A stretch of 64,000 bases of DNA. It comes from Candidatus Multivoradales bacterium (lineage in GTDB: Bacteria; Acidobacteriota; Thermoanaerobaculia; Multivoradales; JAHEKO01). The notes beneath the pieces are model-generated. The model had not been told where the DNA came from and ran no database searches. It was given only the letters and a program-made list of their open reading frames with translations. Below, one piece after another: positions 52,413 through 61,834 of this stretch (position 1 is its first letter; the number at the start of each line of letters is the position of its first letter). The translations under genes and the position numbers were made by a program. The stretch lies in the NCBI GenBank assembly GCA_965223155.1, contig CBDCVR010000015.1:320001-384000 (forward strand). The letters run 5' to 3'.

Positions 52413-53426
52413 ATGGAGTATGTTGGCATTGATGTTCACTCGAAGTACAGCGAGGTTTGCGGGATATCGGAAGAGGGGGAAGTGACGCTTCGCCGGCGGA
52501 TTCCGACTACGGAGACAGCCTTGCGCCGGTTCTTCGGTTGTCGTGAGCAGTCGCAGGTGACGCTCGAAAGCGGCCCGGTGACTCCTTGGGTGTACCGGTT
52601 GCTGTGTGAGCTGGGACACGAGGTGACGGTAGTCAACCCGCGGCGGGTGCGGCTGATCGCGGAGTCGACATTGAAGACCGACGGAATCGACGCCGAGGTG
52701 TTGGCTCGATTGAGCCGGTTGGATCTCGACCTCCTGCGTCCCGTGTACCAGCGTACGCGTGAGGCCCAGGAGCTTCGGGCCAGGCTTCGCGTACGTACGA
52801 GCCTGGTCAAAGCCAGGACATCGTTGATCAACGCGGTGCGTGGAACGTTGCGAGCTCAAGGGTACCGAGTGCCATCGTGCCCGGCCAAGAGCTTCGTCGT
52901 GCGCTACGCATCGATGGGTCTCGACAGTTCTCTTGCGGAAACGATCGATCCTCTGGTGACGACGATCGGCGAGTTGACGGATCGGATCAACCGGCTCGAG
53001 AAGGAGCTCGTAGCCGAGTCGAGCTCAAACGAGCTGTTGGTGCGGCTTCAGACGGTCCCTGGGGTGGGCCCCTTGGTGAGCTTGGCCTTCCTGGGTTGGA
53101 TGGATCGCCCGGATCGGTTCAGAAAGAGTCGAGACGTGGGTGCGTGTTTGGGCTTGAGACCGTCGCTTCGAAGCTCAGGAGGACACGAGATCCGAGGCCG
53201 GATCACACGGGAGGGCGACGCCGAGATGCGAAGGCTTCTGGTTCAAGCGGCTCATGCGGCGTTGAACTGTCGCAAAGAGTCGTCGCTCAAGAACTGGGCT
53301 GAGAGCTTGGTCGAGAGGCTCGGCAAGGGCAAGGCCGTCGTGGCCCTAGCGAGGAAGATCGCAGTGTTGCTCCATCGGCTATGGGTAACGGGCGATACTT
53401 TCCGGGCGTTCCCCCAGGCGGTGTAG
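52413..53426 (+). CDS. IS110-family DEDD recombinase/transposase
   Basis: VGIDVH, LESG, KTDGIDAE.LA, VPGVGP, GL.P..RSSGG, G.ITREGD, VALARKIA. Confidence 0.95.
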   Translation: MEYVGIDVHSKYSEVCGISEEGEVTLRRRIPTTETALRRFFGCREQSQVTLESGPVTPWVYRLLCELGHEVTVVNPRRVRLIAESTLKTDGIDAEVLARLSRLDLDLLRPVYQRTREAQELRARLRVRTSLVKARTSLINAVRGTLRAQGYRVPSCPAKSFVVRYASMGLDSSLAETIDPLVTTIGELTDRINRLEKELVAESSSNELLVRLQTVPGVGPLVSLAFLGWMDRPDRFRKSRDVGACLGLRPSLRSSGGHEIRGRITREGDAEMRRLLVQAAHAALNCRKESSLKNWAESLVERLGKGKAVVALARKIAVLLHRLWVTGDTFRAFPQAV

Positions 53427-53459
53427 AGCCTAGAGAACATCAGGTCGCACCAGAAAGGA

Positions 53460-53630
53460 AGGACGGATTGAAAGTTTCGATGACTCCGAGAAAAGGGTTG
53501 GAGGCCAGGACTCCGCGTGCCAGATGGGAGCATCGAATCCTCAACGGACGAAAAACTCACCATGCACCGGTCCAAGAAAGGACCCGCCAGAGTGCGAATA
53601 GAAGCTCGTCCTGAGGCTCCATCCGAGACC
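53460..53630 (+). ncRNA. predicted bridge RNA / seekRNA
   Basis: Two stem-internal loop-hairpin arms in the 3' non-coding end whose loop strands match the insertion flanks and element ends (see finding). Confidence 0.75.
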
Positions 53631-54674
53631 CGAAACACATGGGGAGACGATGACAGACACCTTGACCGAAACGACCGACTCATAGAACCCTTTTCGCAAG
53701 AGCTCCTATTCCTCTGTTTTCGACGGATCCCTCCCAAGAGGCCACGCCCCCTTTTCGGGGGAATACGCCTCGCCGCCCACTCCCTAGCTTCAAAGTTACT
53801 CGCTCCCGAGACGGTCGAGAGCGACCCGAAGCATCGCGTTCTGCCGCTCCAGCTCCCCCAAGCGTCTCTCTTGCTCGAGCGTGTACAGCGTCAACTCTTC
53901 GAGCTTCTCCAACAGTTTCATTTGCATTCTGGTCACATCAAGCCCCTCGCGCGCCACGTCATCCGCCGTGGGCACTCCCGGAAGGTGTTTGAAGGCCCGC
54001 ACGTAGTCATCGAGCTCGGCAAGGGGCATCAGCTCGTAGTCGGGCTCGAAGACGTAGTCCGGAACAAACTGGGTCGTCGGCGAGCACTGACTCGTGTCGC
54101 TGCAGGCAATCAGATTGCCTCGAAGCGTCAGCGTCCCCATAGCCGATAGTGCCAGCTCCGTAGCGCCCGACTTGTCTCTCGAGATCTGAAAGCCGATCGA
54201 CGGATCGTTCTCGAGCTTCCAGTCGTTGTTGGCACTAACGGTGTCCTCGATCATGAGCACGCTCTTGCCGTTGTTGGTGATCGTGACGAGCTTCTGGGTT
54301 CCCGAGCCCGTCGAGTCGACGATGTGCAGAGGCGTCTCGGGCGCGTACGTCCCGATCCCGAGGCGATTGTTCAGGACCAGGCCCCCGGCAAGCACGAGAC
54401 GACCCGCTGCGCTTGGTTCGAGGCGTAGGTCCTCAACGCCGTTACCTGCGAGGGAAAGGATGAACGCGTTCGCATTTGCCGATTGCTGCCAGGTCGTGTT
54501 CGTCGACGAATCTGTAAGAAAAATACGAGGTCGGCCGTTATTGATGATCTGAAGAAGGGTCCGTTCTCCACTTGTTGCAGACGCCTCTTCAACGGTCACC
54601 AGCGCCGACGCGTCCGTCCTCTTCACATGCACTGAGGATAAGGGCGCCTGGGTACCAAAACCGACGTTGCCACT

Positions 54675-56045
54675 GAGTTATCGTCAAATGTTGTGTACGG
54701 GTGACTCAGGCGGCGATCCGGTTCTTGGGTTCTCCATCAACGAATTTGACACCTCGGACAACGTCGGCGATTCGCTTGTAGCCCTGTAGCCGCCGCCATC
54801 GTTTCTCGGCACTCTGGCTCAGCTTGAAGACCATCGAGAGCATGGTCTCGCGGGAGAGACAACCACGGGTCTTGGCCGTTCGAAGGCGTACGGTGGCAAA
54901 GGTCGACTCGATCGGGTTCGTGGTCCTGAGATGGACCCAATGCTCGGCCGGGAAATCGTAGAAGGTCAGCAGGACCTTGCGATCCTTGGCCAGGCAACGC
55001 GTCGCCTTCGGGTACTTGGCCCCGTAGGTCGACAGGAAGGCATCGAAGGCTCGCTCGGCAGCCTCGCGCGTTTCGGCCATCCAGACCTGGTGCAGCGCCT
55101 GCTTGGCCTTTGGCTGGACGGCCTTGGGCATCTTGTTCAAGACGTTGCCGGTCTTGTGGACCCAGCAACGCTGGGTCTTGGTGTTGCTCCAGACCTGAGC
55201 CAGGGCCTTCCAGAAGCCCAGAGCGCCGTCACCGGTCGCCAGCTTCGGCTCGATGGCAAGCCCTCGCGCTTCGAGTCCACGCAAGAGCTCGAGCCAGGAA
55301 GCCTCGCTCTCGCGGTAGCCGTCTTCGACGGCGATGAGCTCCTTGGTGCCGTCCTCGGTGGCGCCAATCAGTACCAGCAGGCACAGCTTCGCGTCGTCCA
55401 GACGAGCCTTGGTATGGATCCCATCCGCCCACACGTAGACGTAGCGCTTGGAGGACAAGTCCCGGGTGCGCCAGTCGGTGTACTCCTTGGCCCAGACTTT
55501 CTTCAGACGGCTGATCGTCGCGGCTGACAACCCCGGGGCGTCGGGGCCTACCAGAGCTTCCAGGGCATCGGAGAAATCTCCGGTGGAGATGCCGCGCAGA
55601 TAGAGCCACGGCAGCAGCTCCTCGACGCTCTTGGCCCGTCTGAGATACGGAGGCGCGATCTTCGAGCGAAAGACCAACTCACCTTCACGATCCCGAACCC
55701 GAGGCACCTTCACCGGCACACCTCCGATTCCCGTCTGGATCTCACGCTCGCGCAGGTAGCCGTTGCGAACCATGCGGCGCCGGCCATCTTCCGTTTGCTC
55801 GCCTCGGTACTCGGCCAGGAAGCTCTCGACCTCGGCTTCGATCGCTTCGCGAAGCAACTCGCGTGAGCCGCGGCGAAGCACTTCGGTCAAGGCATCTCTC
55901 GAACTCTCTGATCGGTCAATCGAAACTACGTTACTCTTGCTCAAGGCGTATCTTCCTTCTTTGAGGGTTTGAATCCGATTTGGAAAACCGGACTCAGGAT
56001 ACGCCGCCTTCATCTCAACTCATACACAACTTTCGACCATAGCTC
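54675..56045 (-). mobile_element. IS256-family element with 9-bp target duplication
   Basis: 23-bp IRs with 4 mismatches (GAGTTATCGTCAAATGTTGTGTA / GAGCTATGGTCGAAAGTTGTGTA); TSD GTTGCCACT at 54666-54674 and 56046-56054. Confidence 0.93.
54706..56013 (-). CDS. IS256 (mutator-type) transposase; true start may lie downstream
   Basis: RNGY..R, VPRVRDR, WADG, GDGALG, QRCWVHK, RTTNPIES. Confidence 0.93.
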   Translation of the reverse strand: MKAAYPESGFPNRIQTLKEGRYALSKSNVVSIDRSESSRDALTEVLRRGSRELLREAIEAEVESFLAEYRGEQTEDGRRRMVRNGYLREREIQTGIGGVPVKVPRVRDREGELVFRSKIAPPYLRRAKSVEELLPWLYLRGISTGDFSDALEALVGPDAPGLSAATISRLKKVWAKEYTDWRTRDLSSKRYVYVWADGIHTKARLDDAKLCLLVLIGATEDGTKELIAVEDGYRESEASWLELLRGLEARGLAIEPKLATGDGALGFWKALAQVWSNTKTQRCWVHKTGNVLNKMPKAVQPKAKQALHQVWMAETREAAERAFDAFLSTYGAKYPKATRCLAKDRKVLLTFYDFPAEHWVHLRTTNPIESTFATVRLRTAKTRGCLSRETMLSMVFKLSQSAEKRWRRLQGYKRIADVVRGVKFVDGEPKNRIAA

Positions 56046-56235
56046 GTTGCCACTTGCCGTAACGTGTACAGCATCCTCTGAAGAGAAGGCAGCGCCCGCT
56101 ACCCAAGCAAGTAGAACTGCAAATGACAAGAGATCGCGAAACGCTACTTTACCCATACGAAGAAACCTCCTGGTTATCTCTCAGCTATACCTCTGAGACA
56201 TGTCGTGGACCCCGGAAACCGTCGCGATGTTGACC

Positions 56236-56850
56236 TGACCTGACCCCCGAGTCCGCGCAGTGCTTATGAGAGTCTCGGCGGTTCATAGATGATACTCGCT
56301 GCGGGAGCGGAAGCCGCCGGAGGCGGCTGGAGCTCCTGCAGCGTCGCGTACTCCTCGGGGCCAGGTCGCCCAGCGATGGTGCAGCTTGCCCCGGTTGCAG
56401 TCCTGGCGCCAGGTCTCGATCTGTCGCCGAGCATCGTCCAAGTCGAGAAACCAGTGTGCGCTCAGGCCATTCGTGGCGAAACTTCCCGTTGAAGCTCTCG
56501 ACGAAGCAATTCTCGACCGGCGTGCCCGGTCGAATGAAGTCGAGCTGAATGCCTCGGCGGTACGCCCAGGCATCCAATGCTCGACTCGTAAGCTCTGGTC
56601 CGCTATCGACAATCACGGTCGTCGGAAGGCCGAGACGCTCGATCACTCGATCCAACACACGTCCGACCCGCTCGCCGGAGATCGACGTATCGACCTCAAT
56701 CGCGACACACTCGCGTGTGAAGTCGTCGACGACGTTCAACGTCCCGAAGCCGCGACCGGTCTCAAGACCGTCGGAGGCGAAGTCCATCGACCGGCGTTCG
56801 TCGGCCCGAGTCGGCGCCTCCCGACACTTGCGCATCTACAGCTCCCTTCT
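56236..56850 (-). mobile_element. IS3-family remnant (OrfB integrase core fragment, frameshifted) with one terminal IR
   Basis: SMDFASD, NVVDDFTREC, DSGPE, FIRPG.P.EN.FVESFNGKFR; C-terminus in another frame; TGACCTGACCCC end. Confidence 0.8.
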
Positions 56851-56944
56851 TTGAGCCGGCCCAAAGCTACTACCGAACCTTGCCTATCTCATCGACCTTT
56901 ACGCATTCGATGCGAGTATGCAGCGCAGGCTGAACAGTCGAGTT

Positions 56945-59900
56945 TCAGGTGACGATCTGACTCGCCGCCGAACACGCAGACCAGGCTGTGAAGGCCAGCC
57001 TTTCATGCCTCGCGGCGAGCGCCTCGGGTGTGTCGAAGTACTCAAGCATTCGGAAGGAATTTTGCCCCATCTTCACTCTCCCTTTCTTGTCGGAAAGAAG
57101 CCGCCCTAGCTGCCGAGCCATCTCCTCTGAATCGCCAAAATCAAAGCACAAGGCATTCACTCCAAGGCGCACCTGCTCTCTGACACCGCACGGAGAGGTC
57201 GTCACAATCGGCAGACCGTGGGCCATAGCCTCGAGCATGACAAACGGATAACTCTCGACCATTGACGAGAACGCAAAGATGTCGGCCGCAGCATAGTAGG
57301 TGTGGACATCTTCTGTCTCTGGTACTAAGCGAACAACCGACTCAAGCTCCAGCGTCTCCACTAGCTGTTCGAGATACCGAGTGTAAGGGTCACCTACGCG
57401 CGCGCCAACGAGCAGAGCGCACATGTCCCACCCATCCTGCCTCAAGATTTTCAACGCCCGAACGAGGGTTTCTTGGTCTTTTCGCGCACAAATAGTGCCT
57501 ACACTGACAATCACCGGGCAGTCTTCGCGAAGACCGAGACGTCTGCGGGCATCCAACTTCGACGGTCTTGTACGGACCGCTTCAATCTCTGCTCTAGAAA
57601 GAGAGTTGTAAAGTACAGAGAAATTGCCGGCAGCATTCAGTCGCTCATACAAGGAACGAGTGCAGTAGGATCCAAACACAACCTCAAAGGCCTTCGAAAA
57701 AGCAGCCTCGCATCTCGGAAGCGCGAAGGACTGTAGAAGTCTCATCCTTACAGCTTCGGAGTAACTTTCCTGGACAAACCACACCGTCGGAATCCCCAGC
57801 CGTTCCGCAGCCTCGACGACGAAGTAGTTGTTCAGGACAGAAATGAAAACCACATCTGGCCGGAGTTCCTCCAGGTGACGTTGAAGATGATCTGTCGCAG
57901 CGTCAAGACCGCCTCGGTCGGCCCAGTCAGCGAGGACATTTCCAGTCCCGGGCAGGTTCACCACCTTGCAGCGAACCTTCCCTTCGAACTCGCGCCGGAG
58001 ATCGCCATCGGAGAACCCGAGCACCATCGGCTCAACATAGCGACTTTTCGTTAAGCCGTGAGCAACATTCAGCAAGATCTTTGGGCCACCTTCAAGATTG
58101 AAGCTGGGAACAACGCATAGCAGTCGGAGCTTTGACTTCAGATAGTTCTCGTATCCCAGGGAGCTCTCCCGTCCAACCTTGAAGCTCCGGCGTGAAGATA
58201 GATTCGGGTTGTAGAATCGGTCTTCTACTGGGTGTCTGACCTTGTATCTCGCCAATTCGGCCGGGTCATCTTCTCTCGTGCGTGAGGAGGACTCGTGGTG
58301 GAGGAGCAACGCGTCGGCAACGTAGACAGTGCTCAGGCCTCGCTCTCGCAGCCGCAGACAATAGTCAATGTCGTTTAGCGACACAGGAAACCGACCTTCG
58401 TCAAACCCCCCTAACGCATCGAAGAGGCTGCGCTTGGTCAAGAGACACGCTCCGGTGACAGCAGAGACCTCGCGCGAGGTCTCTGCGAGGAAATAGTAGC
58501 TAGGCACCGTAGAGGGATCACCCTGAAAGGCGTGATCGGGCCGACCAATTTCACCGTGATTCAGCAGAACCCCAGCATGTTGAATGCGTCCGTCCGGATA
58601 GAGAAGCTGGGCGCCCGTGGCTCCGACTCCAGGAAGTCGACAGTAGCCGACAAGTCTGCTTAGCCAGGACTCTTCCAGCACTTCGCAATCGTCGTTTAGA
58701 AAGAGAAGGAACTCACCGCGAGCGGCCTTGGCCGCGATGTTGTTCAACCGGCTAAATGAGAAGCCACGCTCATCGTCGACCACCCGCAAGACTTCAATTC
58801 CGCGCGAGGGAAGTCCTCCCAGGTATTGCAACGTTGTAGGAGAGTCCGACCCATTGTCTACGACCAAGATCGAGTAGTTCTCATACGTCGTCTTCTTGAG
58901 GATCGAGTCCAGACATTTCGACAAGAGGAGGTGCTGATTCCGAGTTGGAATGATGATTGTCACCTCGGGGCCAATCACCGACCAGTCCAGTTGGCTAATC
59001 GGAAGGCCGAGCTCTTGGGCCACTTTCGAAGGGTATGGGACAGCATTGATGGAGCAACGATCCAAACGATCCTTCAGCGCTTCGTAGGCGGCCTTGCGAA
59101 CGATCGGCTTCTCATCTGCACTGAGAGCTGTCGAACCAGGCACCGCCCGCCAGTGGTAAAGAACCTTTGGGATCCGCACGATGCGAGCCGTCAGCTCGGT
59201 GAGCCTGAGCAACAAGTCGTAATCCTGAGCGCCCTCGAAGGTCGGTCGAAAGCCGCCAATCGACTCGAACAATTCTCGCCGAACAGACGTAAGGTGGTTT
59301 AGATAGTTGTAGCCCAGGAAGAGCGTTGGCGACCAATCCGGTTTGAATTGAGGGTCATAGCGGACGCCGCGACTCGAAATCTTGTCTTCATCCGAATAGA
59401 TAATGTCCGCCTCGGGCTCGTGCTCCAGCACACGCGCGACCTCAAAGAGAGCATTCGCAGCGAGGACATCGTCGTGATCCAGGAAACTTAGGAATTCGCC
59501 CTTTGCGAGGGAGGCCGCCTCGTTGCTCGCATGGCAAATGCCTCTGTTGCAATCTAAGGTCACTACCTCGATTCGCGGATCCTCGTTGTACTTCCTCAAT
59601 ACTTCCACCGTCTCAGAACGGTGTGAGCCGTCGTCCGCGATGCACAGCTGCCAGTACGGGTAGATCTGCTCCAGGACAGACTCAATCGCTTCAGTCAGGA
59701 TCTCCGGGTCGGTATTGAATACGGGCATGACGACGCTAAGGACAGGTTTCTCATTAGAGCGAGTAATCGCTTGAGAGAGGAGATCGCGCACGCGTGGCGT
59801 TACGGCGTTTACTTCTCTGTACCGAGCGTAGGCATCAGCCTCAACTCCAGGAGGTGGCATGGCGTCGCGGATCTCACATGGGCCACTCAAGATACCTTGG

Positions 59901-61834
59901 CTAGTTTCATCGCGCATGCGCGAAGCCAAGACAACCCCATGCTGAGGGCTTACCAGTTCAAACTTTCTTACAGAAGCAGTGAAGTACAAGTGGAAGCTGA
60001 ACCCGCACGTCGTGCCTGGCCCACCTTTAGTCAACTTGGAAAAATGATCTTGAACATCCCGCCGTTCGATCTCGCACAGTCCTTCGCCAAGAGGTGCACC
60101 GTCCCCGCGCACTTCCAGTCGCACTGGTTTCCCACTTCCTTCGTGGGAGAAACACCATCCCGCCACGACCAACAACTCGCGGCCGGTCAATGGGTCCCGT
60201 CGTTCCTCGAAGACTTCCACAAGGAACCGAAGTGGCGATAACGGGTTCGAAGAGGGTAAGCGAATCGACCGCACAATGCGCGAACCAAACGAGCGAGCGC
60301 CTCTCACGAAGACCCGCAGGGGACGAGTGACACGCCAGGAGCGCGAACTTCGGACGGAATCTAGTTCGCCCTCAAGAGAAACGTTCTTCTCCAAGGCACC
60401 GAGATAGAGCGCTTGGAGCCCCGAGGCTCCCTGCTGTGATCGCTCAAGCTCTTGCCTCAGGCGATCGACCTCCTCTCTCAGCGTCTTGCTGAGTTCTTTG
60501 AGCTCTCCCGCTTCTTTCAGATGCTTTGAGTGCATCGCTCTACTCCGATTCAACGATGAGCGCACATTCTCCAGGAGTTCCCGTAGTCTGGTCCTCTCAT
60601 CTTCCTGTGTCTGCAGTCGTTTCTCACTCTGTATCCGTTGGCTCTTCTCCAAATTCAGCGACCTCACGGTCATCTCGAGACCGCTTTCCAGACTTGCAAC
60701 TCGCCCGCGAAGCTCAGTGTTTTCTTGCGCCTGCCTTACCAGTTCGGCTGTCGACGTTCTTCGGCAGGCGCGACTAGCTTGAGCATTAGCGCGCTGATCA
60801 ACACGAGCCAGTTGAAGCTGGAGGTTCTCACTATGCACTCGATAGCCCTCTCTGTCCCGCTCAACCTCCTCGATCTTGTCCTCGAGGTTCGCCATGTGCT
60901 TCTTAAGTTCGTGAACGTCCCGCCATCTGGGGTCCTCCCCAACACCACCGAGGGATGCCACTAGGCCCTGAAGCTCCGAAAGGTTCTGACGGGCCCTCGC
61001 GAGTACGGCCGTAGCCTGCGACACCCTGCCCGTCCCGAGATCCGAAAGCGCTCGAAAGACCGATTCTGCTTCTAACGGAACCTTCCGAGCGCGATCGGTC
61101 TCACTCAGACCATGATGTCGAAGATCCGAATCCAGAAACCTCGAGATCTCGGTCGCAACACTGGAGTGAGTGTGCGGCCAACAGATCGACAGCCTGTCGC
61201 CGATACTCGCAGCGATTCCATGCCAGTCGCGCAACAGATTGTCGAAAGAAATGAAGACTCGCCGAGAACTTTCTGTTTCCTTTTCGGCTACGAGCAGGTG
61301 CTCTAACCAAAGCGCCAGTGACCGTATCTCTGTAAAGCCTTCGCGCTCAGAGAGCGATTTCGCCACCTCCAGCGGATGGCGCAAGATGATCACATAGCAC
61401 GGGTCGACCCCCTCGGACTCAAAAACAGGCTTCCATACCGGCAAGAGCCTGCACATTCGAGGGTCCTTAACTCCCCAGAGAGCAGATCCATCGAAATCAG
61501 CGCGAACTACCTCAGCGATCTCATCTCGGAGCGATAAGACATCAGGCTCGTCCCACCATCTCGACTGCGGCATGAACCGATCCCAGGCCGAACCCAGATC
61601 TCCAAGCAGCCGCTCGTGGATCTTGACTAGCTTGTCGTGCTCCCAGTAACCGCGTGGGTTGTCTTGATTGGGAGCAATCAGATGGGATCCAAAGTCCACT
61701 CCTAAGCGATTCAACACGCCGGCGAGTGCGGAAGTTCCACTCCGATGCATGCCGAGCACCACCACGGCCCGACTTCGCCGTTGAGGATCCGTCACGCCCC
61801 GTGGGGCCTCATGAGAAGCAACCGGCGACTCCAT
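56945..61834 (-). CDS. multidomain sulfotransferase - coiled coil - GT2 - GT2 - GT4 protein
   Basis: LGMHRSGTS, KDPR, RHPLEVA.SL; heptads ending SRSWRVTRPLR; VMPVFN/DHDD/YSDEDK; IIPTRN/FLNDD/AVTGAC; K.QE/ES.PFVMLEAMAHGLP. Confidence 0.9.
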   Translation of the reverse strand: MESPVASHEAPRGVTDPQRRSRAVVVLGMHRSGTSALAGVLNRLGVDFGSHLIAPNQDNPRGYWEHDKLVKIHERLLGDLGSAWDRFMPQSRWWDEPDVLSLRDEIAEVVRADFDGSALWGVKDPRMCRLLPVWKPVFESEGVDPCYVIILRHPLEVAKSLSEREGFTEIRSLALWLEHLLVAEKETESSRRVFISFDNLLRDWHGIAASIGDRLSICWPHTHSSVATEISRFLDSDLRHHGLSETDRARKVPLEAESVFRALSDLGTGRVSQATAVLARARQNLSELQGLVASLGGVGEDPRWRDVHELKKHMANLEDKIEEVERDREGYRVHSENLQLQLARVDQRANAQASRACRRTSTAELVRQAQENTELRGRVASLESGLEMTVRSLNLEKSQRIQSEKRLQTQEDERTRLRELLENVRSSLNRSRAMHSKHLKEAGELKELSKTLREEVDRLRQELERSQQGASGLQALYLGALEKNVSLEGELDSVRSSRSWRVTRPLRVFVRGARSFGSRIVRSIRLPSSNPLSPLRFLVEVFEERRDPLTGRELLVVAGWCFSHEGSGKPVRLEVRGDGAPLGEGLCEIERRDVQDHFSKLTKGGPGTTCGFSFHLYFTASVRKFELVSPQHGVVLASRMRDETSQGILSGPCEIRDAMPPPGVEADAYARYREVNAVTPRVRDLLSQAITRSNEKPVLSVVMPVFNTDPEILTEAIESVLEQIYPYWQLCIADDGSHRSETVEVLRKYNEDPRIEVVTLDCNRGICHASNEAASLAKGEFLSFLDHDDVLAANALFEVARVLEHEPEADIIYSDEDKISSRGVRYDPQFKPDWSPTLFLGYNYLNHLTSVRRELFESIGGFRPTFEGAQDYDLLLRLTELTARIVRIPKVLYHWRAVPGSTALSADEKPIVRKAAYEALKDRLDRCSINAVPYPSKVAQELGLPISQLDWSVIGPEVTIIIPTRNQHLLLSKCLDSILKKTTYENYSILVVDNGSDSPTTLQYLGGLPSRGIEVLRVVDDERGFSFSRLNNIAAKAARGEFLLFLNDDCEVLEESWLSRLVGYCRLPGVGATGAQLLYPDGRIQHAGVLLNHGEIGRPDHAFQGDPSTVPSYYFLAETSREVSAVTGACLLTKRSLFDALGGFDEGRFPVSLNDIDYCLRLRERGLSTVYVADALLLHHESSSRTREDDPAELARYKVRHPVEDRFYNPNLSSRRSFKVGRESSLGYENYLKSKLRLLCVVPSFNLEGGPKILLNVAHGLTKSRYVEPMVLGFSDGDLRREFEGKVRCKVVNLPGTGNVLADWADRGGLDAATDHLQRHLEELRPDVVFISVLNNYFVVEAAERLGIPTVWFVQESYSEAVRMRLLQSFALPRCEAAFSKAFEVVFGSYCTRSLYERLNAAGNFSVLYNSLSRAEIEAVRTRPSKLDARRRLGLREDCPVIVSVGTICARKDQETLVRALKILRQDGWDMCALLVGARVGDPYTRYLEQLVETLELESVVRLVPETEDVHTYYAAADIFAFSSMVESYPFVMLEAMAHGLPIVTTSPCGVREQVRLGVNALCFDFGDSEEMARQLGRLLSDKKGRVKMGQNSFRMLEYFDTPEALAARHERLAFTAWSACSAASQIVT

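Larger units (their letters stand above)
52320..53686 (+). mobile_element. IS110-family, IS1111-subgroup insertion sequence
   Basis: 12-bp subterminal IRs ATGAGTCGGTCG (52327-52338) / CGACCGACTCAT (53672-53683), 7 and 3 nt from the ends; short left and long right non-coding ends; AGA at both junctions. Confidence 0.9.
53796..56156 (-). pseudogene. second secreted fibre-like protein (326 aa when reconstructed), split by IS256
   Basis: 56156-56046 MGKVAF..EDAVHVTASGN joins in frame to 54665-53796 VGFGTQAP..PDYVFE..HLPGVPTA..LLEKLEELTLY. Confidence 0.88.

Noticed and set aside
53612-53621. TGAGGCTCCA, a 9/10 match to the left flank TGAGGTTCCA, as the left target guide
   Set aside because: TGAGG pairs with CCTCA (53539-53543) in a stem, and GTGCCAGA sits opposite the right guide in the loop; kept only as an alternative.
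50123-54665. Prophage tail-fibre region
   Set aside because: The proteins have signal peptides and no capsid, terminase, tail or integrase genes are present.
56231-56245. TGACC x3 tandem repeat
   Set aside because: Explained by the IS3-type terminal IR plus adjacent bases.
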